Assembly (NCBI RefSeq): GCF_032444005.1
Contig: NC_091286.1
Span: 660,300,001-660,364,000, forward strand
Reading direction: 5' to 3'
DNA: 64,000 nucleotides
DNA from: Ranitomeya imitator
Taxonomy: Eukaryota
Shown here: positions 50,670-61,242 of the stretch, in pieces
How the letters are laid out: every line of letters begins with the position of its first letter
Numbering within the stretch: the stretch's first letter is position 1
Notes under the pieces: generated by a model
Told to the model about the DNA's origin: nothing
The model's input: only the letters and a program-made list of their open reading frames with translations
The model's database searches: none
Translations under genes and position numbers: made by a program

Positions 50670-53600
50670 AGGGGTTTCCACTGTTTAGGCACATCAGGGG
50701 GTCTCCAAACGCAACATGGCGCCACCATTGATTCCAGCCAATCTTGTATTCAAAAAGTCAAATGGTGCTCCCTCACTTCCGAGCCCCGACGTGTGCCCAA
50801 ACAGTGGTTTACCCCCACATATGGGGTAGCAGCATACTCAGGACAACTGCGCAACAATTACTGGGGTCCAATTTCTCCTGTTACCCTTGAGAAAATAAAA
50901 AATTGCTTGCTAAAACATCATTTTTGAGGAAAGAAAATGTATTTATTATTTTCACGGCTCTGCGTTATAAATTTCTGTAAAGCACTTGGGGGTTGAAAGT
51001 GCTCACCACATATCTAGATAAGTTCCTTTGGGGGTCTAGTTTCCAAAATGGGGTCACTTGTGGGGGGTTTCTACTGTTTAGGCACACCAGGGGCTCTGCA
51101 AACGCAACGTGACGCCCGCAGACCATTCCATCAAAGTCTGCATTTCAAATGTCACTACTTCCCTTCTGAGCCCCCACGTGTGCCCAAACAGTGGTTTACC
51201 CCCACACATGGGGTATCAGCTTACTCAGGAGAAACTGGACAACAACTTTTGTGGTCCAATTTCTCCTGTAACCCTTGGGAAAATATAAAACTCTGGGCTA
51301 AAAAATTATTTTTGAGGAAAGAAAACGTATTTATTATTTTCACGGCTCTGCGTTATAAACTTCTGTGAAGCACTTGGGGGTTGAAAGTGCTCACCACACA
51401 TCTAGATAATTTCATTTCGGGGTCTAGTTTCCGAAATGGGGTCACTTGTGGGGGGTTTCTACTGTTTAGTCACATCAGGGGCTCTGCAAACGCAACGTGA
51501 CGCCCGTAGAGCATTCCATCAAAGTCTGTATTTCAAAACGTCACTACTTCACTTCCGAGCCCCGGCAAGTGCCCAAATAATAGTTTCCCCCCACATATGG
51601 GGTATCACCGTACTCAGGAGAAACTGGACAACAAATATTGGGGTCAAATTTCTCCTGTTACCCTTGGGAAAATTAAAAAATTCTGGGCTAAAAAATTATT
51701 TTTGAGGAAAGAAAACGTATTTATTATTTTCACTGCTCTGTGTTATGAACTTCTGTGAAGCACTTGGGGGTTCAAAGTGCTCACCTCACATCTAGATAAG
51801 TTCCTTTCGGGGTCTAGTTTCCAAAATGGGGTCACTTGTGGGGGGTTTCTACTGTTTAGCCACATCAGGGGCTCTGCAAACGCAACGTGACGCCCACAGA
51901 GCATTCCATCAAAGTCTGCATTTCAAAACGTCACTACTTCACTTCCGAGCCCCAGCATGTGCCTAAACAGTGGTTTACCCCCACATATGGGGTATCAGCG
52001 TACTCAGGAGAAACTGGACAACAACTTTTGGGGTCAAATTTCTCCTGTTACCCTTGGGAAAATAAAAAATTGCGGGCTAAAAAATCATTTTTGAGAAAAG
52101 AAATTTTTATTTTTATTTTCATGGCTCTGCGTTATAAACTTCTGTGAAGCACTTGAGGGTTCAAAGTGCTCACCACACATCTAGATTAGTTCCTTTGGGG
52201 GTCTAGTTTCCAAAATGGTGTCATTTGTGGGGGATCTCCAATGTTTAGGCACACAGGGGCTCTCCAAACGCGACATGGTGTCCGCTAATGATTGGAGCTA
52301 ATTTTCCATTTAAAAAGCCAAATGGTGTGCCTTCCCTTCTGAGCCCTGCCGTGCGCCCAAACAGTGGTTTACCCCCACATATGGGGTATCTGTGTACTCA
52401 GGACAAACTGGACAACAACATTTGTGGTCCAATTTCTCCTATTACCATTGGCAAAATAGGAAATTCCAGGCTAAAAAATCATTTTTGAGAAAAGAAAAAT
52501 TATTTTTTATTTTCATGGCTCTGCATTGTTAACTTCTGTGAAGCACCTGGGGGTTTAAAGTGCTCAGTATGCATCTAGATAAGTTCCTTGGGGGGTCTAG
52601 TTTCCAAAATGGGGTCACTTGTGGGGGAGCTCCATTGCATAGGCACACAGGGGCGCTCCAAATGGGACATGGTGTCCGCTAACAATTGGAGCTAATTTTC
52701 CATTCAAAAAGTCAAAAGGCGTGCCTTCCCTTCCGAGCCCTGCCGTGTGCCCAAACAGTGGTTTACCCCCACATATGAGGTATCGGCGTACTCGGGAGAA
52801 ATTGCTCAACAAATTTTAGGATCCATTTTATCCTATTGCCCATGTGAAAATGAAAAAATTGAGGCGAAAAATTTTTTTTGTGAAAAAAAGTACTTTTTCA
52901 TTTTTACGGATCAATTTGTGAAGCACCTGAGGGTTTAAAGTGCTCACTAGGCATCTAGATAAGTTCATTGGGGGGTCCAGTTTCCAAAATGGGGTCACTT
53001 GTGGGGGAGCTCCAATGTTTAAGCACACAGGGTCTCTCCAAACGTGACATGGTGTCCGCTAACGATGGAGATAATTTTTCATTCAAAAAGTCAAATGGCA
53101 CTCCTTCCCTTCCGAGCCTTACCATGTGCACAAACAGTGGTTTACCCCCACATGTGAGGTATCGGTGTACTCAGGAGAAATTGCCAAACAAATTTTAGGA
53201 TCCATTTTATCCTGTTGTCCATGTGAAAATGAAAAAATTGAGGCTAAAAGAATTTTTTTGTGAAAAAAAAGTACTTTTTCATTTTTACAGATCAATTTGT
53301 GAAGCACCTGGGGGTTTAAAGGGCTCACTATGCATCTAGATAAGTTCCTTGGGGCGTCTAGTTTCCAAAATGGGGTCACTTGTGGGGGAGCTCCAATTTT
53401 TAGGCACACGGGGGCTCTCCAAACGTGACATGTGTCCGCTAAATAGTGCAGCCAATTTTTCATTCAAAAAGTCAAATGGCGCTCCTTCCCTTCCAAGCCC
53501 TGCCGTGCGCCCAAACAGTGGTTTACCCCCACATATGAGGTATCAGCGTACTCAGGACAAATTGGGCAACAACTTTCGTGGTTCAGTTTCTCTTTTTACC

Positions 53601-53800
53601 ATTGGGAAAATAAAAAAATTGTTGCTGAAAAATCATTTTTGTGACTAAAAAGTTAAATGTTCATTTTTTCCTTCCATGTTGCTTCTGCTGCTGTGAAGCA
53701 CCTGAAGGGTTAATAAACTTCTGGAATGTGGTTTTGTGCACCTTGAGGGGTGCAGTTTTTAGAATGGTGTCACTTTTGGGTATTTTCAGCCATATAGACC
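50670..53800. repeat. About 8 tandem copies of a 380-394-bp unit inside the piggyBac-like element
   Basis: Marker ggggtcacttgtgggg at 51050, 51438, 51828, 52217, 52611, 52991, 53372 and 53766. Confidence 0.92.
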
Positions 53801-54808
53801 CCTCAAACTGACTTCAAATGTGAGGTGGTCCCTAAAAAAAATGGTTTTGTAAATTTCGTTGTAAAAATGAGAAATCGCTGGTCAAATTTTAACGCTTATA
53901 ACTTCCTAGCAAAAAAATATGTTGGTTCCAAAATTGTGCTGATGTAAAGTAAACATGTGGGAAATGTTATTTATTAACTATTTTGTGCCACATACCTCTC
54001 TGGTTTAACAGAATAAAAATTCAAAATTGCTAAATTTGCAAAATTTTCACCAAATTTCCGTTTTTATCACAAATAAACGCAGAATTTATTGACCTAAATT
54101 TACCACTAACATGAAGCCCAATATGTCACGAAAAAACAATCTCAGAACCGCTAGGATCCGTTGAAGCGTTCCTGAGTTATTACCTCATGAAGGGACACTG
54201 GTCAGAATTGCAAAAAACGGCAAGGTTATTAAGATCAAAATAGGCTGGGTCATGAAGGGGTTAAGGGAGCCTAGTCTCCAGAAACGCGTTGAGATTCTCA
54301 CCCATATGGTTGTGCTGAAGTCTGTATCCTCCATGTTTAAAGTTTGTGAATGAAGAAAACGCTTTTTTACGGACTCGGTGAAGCTGGACATTCCTTTCTT
54401 TTTTTGGATCTTGTACGCCTGGACACAGCGGGTCCGTGCTCCCGAGGTTTGGTTGTTGAATCACGGGTGAGCTGGTTTATGTTCCTTCTTACAAACTTTC
54501 CTGACACACAGAATAACGTTTCATATTAACTGTGATCATTTACTGCTCAAACCTTGATAATCAGGGTCAATTAAGGACATATCAGACGCACGTAATAAGA
54601 CTTTATCAGTTATTGTACCAGTTTTAATGACTCAGGTCGTATATAACCATGAACCATGTAGATGACCAATTCCTGATTATATGGTGCTCATTTCTCTGCA
54701 TCATAAATTAAGCACATTTGACACTATATCCACCGCTATCAGTGCATCACCAACCATTCTATTGATTACAGCTTTCTACGTGGTTATTACAGCTCCATCA
54801 TGGCAGTA

Positions 54809-54908
54809 TCATAGAATCATAGAATATTAGAGTTGGAAGGGATCTCCTGGGTCACCTGATCCAACGCCCTGCTCAAAGCACGATTCACTAAATCATCCCA
54901 GACAGATC
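54809..54908 (-). mobile_element. CR1 3'-end fragment
   Basis: catagaatcatagaatattagagttggaaggga..., same family as 1521-2270. Confidence 0.75.
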
Positions 54909-55299
54909 ATCAATGAGATCTTATAGGGTTTTGTGAATTATCCCATAAGAAATAAATCCTAGTGTCTAACAATTTCACTAGCAAAAACCTCCAAATAGGG
55001 TTATCTTCTACTGAATATTTGTGACTCCTTATTGTATTATGCCTGGAAACACTGCAGAATCTTCTGTGAGGATTCACCGATGCTGGGAGTGGTGGGCACG
55101 TGACCATAAGTATGTGATTTGCATACATGCGGTCACAAACCGACTAGACATGCAGCGCCGGATGAGTCTAGTTGGAATATGGCCAATTGCATACTTGCGG
55201 TTTCATGCCGGGCCGACACCAGAGAATCCTCACAGCACTATGAGGATTCACAAGTCTGCAGTCATAGGTCTGAGGTCAGTACGTGAGGTTGGGGGAAGG

Positions 55300-55830
55300 C
55301 CGGGACCACAGTCTCCATTCTAGGTGTTGGATGGGACTGACGGTCAGGCTCTGGGCCGGTCACGTTCTACCACAAAACTCCTCCACCCATGTCTTTAGGA
55401 CCTTGTGCACTAGGCACAATCATAGGGAACAGAATAGAGCCTTCCCCAAAGTGTTCCCACAATGCTGGAAGCTAAAACTGTCCACAATGTCTTGCGCAGA
55501 AGCGATAGGATTTCTCATCACTGGAGCTGAGACTCCTGAAAAACATCCCATAGCGTTATCCTCCCTCTACCATCTGTACAGGCGGGTAACATCCTCCTGG
55601 AATCACCAAACTCACACTCCTCCATCAGATGCCAGAAAGAGAAGGGTGATCCGCCACTGAACAGAACACGTTTCATCCAGAATTCAGTGGTGGCGGCTTT
55701 ACACCACTCCCTCCGAGGCTCGGCATTGTGCTTGGTGATGTACGGCTGCATGCAGCTACTTGACCATGAAAACCAATGCCATAAACCTCATAGCACAGTT
55801 TTTGTGCTGATTATAAAGGGTTTGTCTGGT
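55300..55830 (-). pseudogene. Old Tc1 transposase remnant
   Basis: Minus translation PYITKHNAEPRREWCKA...KRVLFSGGSPFSFW resembles the Tc1 transposase mid-region; multiple frameshifts. Confidence 0.7.
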
Positions 55831-56369
55831 CACACTAAGTTGGTGACCTTTATATCATATAGTAGGTCATTAACTTGAGATCCGTGAGAGTTCAACACCT
55901 GGTACTGCAGAACAACTCCTAGTGGAAAGAACAGAATCTGTTCTGCAGCACCCTGCAGCGGCACTACACAGTAAATGGAACTACACATGGAGAGGTCATC
56001 AATATGGTGTGACCACACTGCCCCCTTTAATGCGTGAGTAGGTTCCTGCAGTTATGGGGTCTGCAGAGCATTGGTGACTTTTCTGCCCTCTGCTCCTCAG
56101 CACCCGGCCCACCGCTCTGTAATGCTATGGGGTCTCTACTTTGTGGCCTAATTGCTTCGGTTCCTTCTACTTCTCAAAATTATCACTCACAGGCAATGGA
56201 GGAAGATTACGGAGGATGAGAGTAGTGCAGCCACCAACAAGAGGCAACGACCAAAGGGGGAAGGTTTTTATAAACTCCGGAGGGGCTATTGGCATCTCAG
56301 GGAGGAGTGGGTGTGGGTTACTGGGAGGGGAATGGACGTTTTGGGGGGCCAGACATAAAGGGGATTTAT

Positions 56370-56742
56370 CTCCAGGATTTTGCCACCTAATCTGACAGCA
56401 GCATAATGTAGAGACACAGACTCCGTATCACTTACTGGGCTGCTTAGTGTAGTTTTATCACAGGAGACTATCACTAGAGGACTAGTAAACCAGCTGCCAG
56501 CTAGTCCTCCATATTCATGAGCTCGGTATAACCCCGCCCCCACCACTGATTGGCAGCTTTCTGCCAATGCACAGTGCTCAGCATTCAGAGAACTGCTAGA
56601 CCTGCAGCAGATCATTTTTTTTTAAATCACAATAGCAGCAAGCAGCCCAGTAAGTGACACAACACTGGAATCAGGGTCTCCGTCTCTACATCATGCTGCT
56701 CTCAGATGGAATACCAAAAATCTGCTGATAGATTCCATTTAA
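56370..56742. mobile_element. Kolobok/T2-type MITE (3142 family)
   Basis: Shared arms cagcataatgtag / tcacttactgggctgct...gcagcccagtaagtgac; right end gatagattccatttaa. Confidence 0.65.
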
Positions 56743-56781
56743 ATGCCTGAAATTTCGGCAAGCCTGATAGGTTCTCCTTAA

Positions 56782-57126
56782 AGGGGTTGTCCTCTTTCAG
56801 ATAATGTTTGCTTTGGCGGCAATTTGTTAAAAAAAATAACAAATCGCCCTTTGCTCACCTTCCCTGTCTCCACCCATGAGTCTCTGCCGCTCTCAGAGTC
56901 TGGCATTGGCTGTGGAGCTGACATCATGTCGACAGCCAATCACTGAGTTCAGTGGTTCTGAAGGGGGCGATCCGTCTACATTGGCACAATCACTAATCTC
57001 ACTGAGTGGCCACTGTCACCAGGGCGTCCGCTCCGCAGCCAATTCCAGAGACCCAGTGCAGCGACTGAGACTCACCAATGGATAGCACAATTTTTTTTTG
57101 TTACTGCAGCTGTGAGACCAACCCCT
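56782..57126. mobile_element. Kolobok/T2-type foldback MITE
   Basis: TTAA|AGGGGTTGTC...CCAACCCCT|TTAA. Confidence 0.8.
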
Positions 57127-57253
57127 TTAAGTGTTTTAGGTCAAACTCCTTTTAACCCACTTTTCCGAGTACCTGTGCTTGGTTTGGGCAGTCATTCTGT
57201 GCTGACAGTCCCTTTATAAGGTGCTTAGCCTCTACATTTTATTCCATAGACAG

Positions 57254-57272
57254 CACTGCCCTCTAGTGGTCA
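57254..57272 (-). promoter_or_regulatory. Candidate CTCF-binding site
   Basis: Minus strand TGACCACTAGAGGGCAGTG matches the CCASYAGRKGGCRS core; lies outside recognised repeats. Confidence 0.5.
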
Positions 57273-58622
57273 TCATTAGAAACACACTTTATTTTAATTA
57301 TAGTTTTTTTTTAAACTTTATTCTGAGATAAGAATATTTAAATCAAGTCTCAATATTGTTTCTATACCCTTCAATAATGTAAGCATGTAACATGCCTTAA
57401 AATACATATTTTCATTAAAACTCGAGATTGCCTATCACCACCTCACACTATTCTTGTAGATAAGAGGTTTTATTTCTTTCTTTTAAGACCCTTTTGTTGT
57501 TCTAAATAGAATATGCATTCAAAATTCTAAATATTTCTTGGGGTATACGTTCACAAGGGACAGAGCTAATTTTTCTGCTAAAGGAAATTGTAATATAATT
57601 TATTCCTTTTTTATTTCTCCTTTGTAGAGATTTAGGTTACTGAAGTTTAGGGCACCTAATATGCTAATCTCCCTTTCAACTAGGGGGGAGGCATTAAAAG
57701 GGATTCTTCTCTGGTGGTATTTACTTTTTCAGTTGTATGACATTGCCCAATTACAAGAAGGCAGCGACATACAGGGGGCAAAAAATAAAACGCCCCTAGA
57801 TCAGAATTTTCACTGTGATCTGGTAAGACTGATGTGTCTAACTTTATCACACTCAGATCTCACTGCTTGTACTTACTGAAATGACAGTGTCGGGAGAAGA
57901 GAGCTGCTCTGTATTGTCTTTACATACAATGTTCTGGATCTATCCCAGATATCGAGGAATAAAGTCATGATACTTGTAATGGATGCAGAGCAATGACACA
58001 CTGCTCACATTGTGCAGCTCTCAAGTGCCGGCACTGTCATGTCATTCCATTATGAAGGACGTGACAGTGCTGTGAGATGAGACCTGCAGTGTATCACATT
58101 CACTGGTCTGCATCTTTTCCAGTTGTCAAGACATTATTCCACGATAGATTTTTTTTCTTCTCCCAATGCCTTAATATCAGTAAGTGCCAGGAATGAGGAA
58201 ATCTCACTGTGATAAGGTTAGACACATCAGTCTTTCTAGAGTTCACACACCTCCATGTTGATTTTCAGTCCCCTCTTCACCTTGGACTCTACCGTTCCGG
58301 AGGAAGTGGAGCACAAGAAATCTTGGGAGTTTTTGCCAAGTTTTTTGGGCTGCATTCACACATTGCAGCTTCATTGTATTTGTACCATAGCTGTGGAAAA
58401 ACCTGCTCAGTTTTAAAAAATCAAAGCACAACCAAAACTAGTGAACTTAACTTTTGGAAAATTCCTGTCTCCCCAAGTATGCTGGAATGCCGTCTAGCAC
58501 TTGTTAATTGACATTTTATTTTTGCATATGGATCCCTGTAATCACACATGAAATCATGCGCATGTGCATTGTTTTCAGGAGTAGAATCACCTCCTTTACG
58601 CCCCGTATCCTGATGCATGTAA

Positions 58623-58861
58623 TAGGCATGAGCGGACCCTTGGAAGTTCGGGTTCTAGTACACGACTCAAACTTTATTTCAAAGTTCGGTTCAGGTGCCA
58701 GGTTCTGTCTCTCACTCTCTCTTTCTGTCCTCCCATACTTCCCCCAGAACTCCGACTATCCCAACGGACTACTGGGAGATGTCACTGTTTGGTGTTTACC
58801 ACCGAATGCTAACTGTCCAGTACGAATCCCGAGCTTTTAAATTCGGGTCCGCTCATCCTTA
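58623..58861. mobile_element. hAT MITE
   Basis: taggcatgagcggaccc / gggtccgctcatcctta TIRs. Confidence 0.65.
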
Positions 58862-58869
58862 CTTCTGAA

Positions 58870-59155
58870 TAGAGATGAACAAATACAAACTTAACAGTTT
58901 GTGGTTCGTACTGGACAGTTATTGTCCGGTGCTAAATGACGAACAAGGACTTCTCCTGGTAGTCTGTTGCAATGGTCGGAGTTCCGGTGAAGTCCGGGAG
59001 GAGAGAGAAAGAATTTTCCAGCTCAAAAGTTTGGATCCTTATTGTTTTCAAAGGGATTCAGGTTCTGGTTACAGTTCTTGTACCCGAACTGAACTTTGGA
59101 ATAAAGTTGGGGTAGGGTGCCAGAACCCGAACTTCCATGGGTCCGTTCATTCTTA
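58870..59155. mobile_element. hAT MITE
   Basis: tagagatgaac / gttcattctta TIRs; degenerate 8-bp TSD cttctgaa/ctcttgaa. Confidence 0.65.
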
Positions 59156-59481
59156 CTCTTGAAGTCTTCAGACGCTAAACGCAGAAATCATCAGACACTA
59201 AACGCAGAAATCAATCAGACTTATGCTTAGTAAGGTATTGAAGACAGAGGGCAGTAATGGCAAAGAATCAATGCCTGCACCCATCATTAGTGCCTTTGTG
59301 TGACATTTTCTGTGCCACAAGTTGTCCATCCAGATAAGAGAAGCGAGGACATCACTGCTTCTCAAGGTTAAGCTCAACTCCTTTCTTGCATTTTACTCTT
59401 CGACTCATTTACCTACAAGGTGGCAAAACTTCGTAAATCAATTCCAGAAATCTATAAGCTAATTAAGAAACAAGTGGATAC

Positions 59482-59958
59482 TAGGGTTGAGTGACTTTTA
59501 CTTTTTTAGGGTCGAGTCGGGTTTTGCGAAACCCGACTATCTCAAAAGTCGAGTCGAGTGAAATCGGCCGATTATAGCGAAAAGTCGGGGATCGACCGAA
59601 ACACGAAACCCAATGCAAAGTCAATGGGATTATTTTTCTCTCTCTCTCTCTCTCTCTCTCTCCCCCCTCCGTCCCTGAACAGAAAAGCTGGTGTTACACA
59701 TTGCAAATCGCTACAGCGCACAAGCGACAAGATGGCGATAGGCGTCCACGCCGCTAAGACCTATGTCATCACTCTGCCCACACTCCTTCATTGGCTGAAA
59801 AAATGGCGCCAAGCGCGTCATACGAAACGCGACTTTGGCGCGAAAGTCGCGTACCGCATGGTCGACCCCACACAGGGATCGGGTCGGGTTTCATGAAACC
59901 CGACTTTGCCAAAAGTCGGCGACTTTTGAAAATGAACGATCCGTTTCGCTCAATCCTA
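59482..59958. mobile_element. hAT MITE containing a (CT)n tract
   Basis: TAGGGTTGAG...CTCAATCCTA; perfect 8-bp TSD gtggatac (59474-59481 and 59959-59966). Confidence 0.85.
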
Positions 59959-60785
59959 GTGGATACATCTGGTTCATTTTTCATTTCACCTGAAAGCTTA
60001 AAAGGGTCCTTGCAAAAAAAAAAATGCCCCTTGGTATCAGTACTGCAACTTCATGCTTCATGCCTTCATGTAAGCAATTATATCATATTTTACAGTCATT
60101 TTTTATTTTTTATTCATTGCTATCAGTAAAATATGGTAAATGATTGACAGATTAATTGTCAATCTTGCTGGAAGCCATGCTATCCTACACTCATCAACAT
60201 TTTAGTAGTCCAAATTGGGAAATAGGTAATAAATATCTGAGCGTTAGGGGGTCCAAAAATCAGCACCCCCACTGATCAGCAGTTTGCAGTTCCTACAGAA
60301 GTAGCAGGAAGTAACCAGTGTACATTGCTGGCACAGCACAGCTCCTTGCAGTGTGTAGTGGCAGTTTTCAGGTACTGCAGCTCAGATCACTGCCACTTCA
60401 ATAGGATCTGAGCTGCAGGACTGAGAGCTGCCACCATTCAGTCCATGAAGCTATAAACCAAGTAACCAAGAGTACAGGATACAAAATAGTCACCTATCTA
60501 CATGTTGGTCAAATGTATTAACCCTTGTAGCATTATAAATCCTATAAATGGGATCTAAGGGGAAATGTTTCTCCTTGTGAAGAGTGACAAGCCAGGCCTG
60601 TCATGTCAGAGTGAGGAGACTTAAATGCCTTGCAAGCTCCTCTGGGAAATTAAATATGCAAATTGCTTCGTTGGAGAAAAAGAGGACTAGAACTATAGTA
60701 CCACCCACTGGAAGCAGCAGTCAATATTGACCCTTTAACGAGCCTTTCAATATGACTCAGGATAAAAGCCAATCCAGAATCTCAA

Positions 60786-60830
60786 TTTGCAGACATGGTG
60801 TTTCAGGGTATTGCCCCTCATCAGTGCAAA
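60786..60830 (-). ncRNA. Minimal type I hammerhead ribozyme (core intact)
   Basis: UUUGCA CUGAUGA GGGG-CAAUA-CCCU GAAA CACCAUG UC^UGCAAA: perfect 6-bp stem I, all core nucleotides present, G10.1-U11.1 wobble, short stem III; predicted cleavage between 60792 and 60791. Confidence 0.85.
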
Positions 60831-60946
60831 GTATGAGATCTAATTTGTGTAAAAAAGAGTCAAAGACTGGGATCTAAGGAGTAACATTTCTCCTTGTGTA
60901 GAGTGACAAACTAGACCTGACGTCATGCTCCTGTCGGAAGTTAAAT

Positions 60947-60954
60947 ATGCAAAT
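60947..60954. promoter_or_regulatory. Octamer ATGCAAAT in the retrozyme monomer (also at 60656-60663 and 61185-61192)
   Basis: Exact octamer conserved in all three monomer copies; PSE-like tcactct(a/t)cacaaggagaaa downstream on the minus strand (starting at 60906 and about 60587). Confidence 0.55.
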
Positions 60955-61008
60955 TGCCTCTTCAGATCCCAGTCTTAGCCTCTCACTTAGCCAAATCAGA
61001 TATCATGC

Positions 61009-61053
61009 TTTTCACTGACGAGGGGCAATACCCCAAAACACTGTGTCTGCAAA
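61009..61053 (+). ncRNA. Minimal type I hammerhead ribozyme, mutated copy
   Basis: UUUUCA CUGACGA GGGG-CAAUA-CCCC AAAA CACUGUG UC^UGCAAA; G12 changed to A (61035) and one stem I mismatch, so probably inactive. Confidence 0.75.
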
Positions 61054-61242
61054 TTGGGATTCTGGTTTGGTTTTTGTCCTAAGTCATGGGTCAAGGCTCT
61101 TTAAAGGGTTGATATTGACTTCTAGGATTGCTACTTCCAATAGGTGGTGCTAGAGTTCTTGTCCTCTTCCTCTCTGAAGAGGTGATTTGCATATTAAATC
61201 ATATAAAGACATACGTGTTGTCTTCCCTCATAATGTAATAAT

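Larger units (their letters stand above)
48781..54260. mobile_element. Non-autonomous piggyBac-like element (5480 bp)
   Basis: TTAA|CCCCTTCCCGACC...GGTCATGAAGGGG|TTAA; no transposase; composite interior. Confidence 0.88.
48703..54494 (+). mobile_element. Short Penelope-like insertion (about 0.3 kb) with an inverted 5' duplication, split by the piggyBac-like element
   Basis: 14-bp TSD actttcctgacaca (48689-48702 and 54495-54508); 48703-48775 is the inverted copy of about 54330-54403; degenerate hammerhead half ggag-cctagt-ctcc-a-GAAACGCGTT at 54266-54290. Confidence 0.7.
60549..61194. mobile_element. Satellite-2-like / non-LTR retrozyme element: about 1.3 minus-strand monomers (319-bp period) joined head-to-head to a partial plus-strand monomer
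   Basis: gggatctaagg repeats at 60550 and 60869; about 60645-60875 is inverted relative to 60963-61194; a hammerhead in each arm; probable 13-bp TSD taaatcctataaa/taaatcatataaa (60536-60548 and 61195-61207). Confidence 0.75.
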
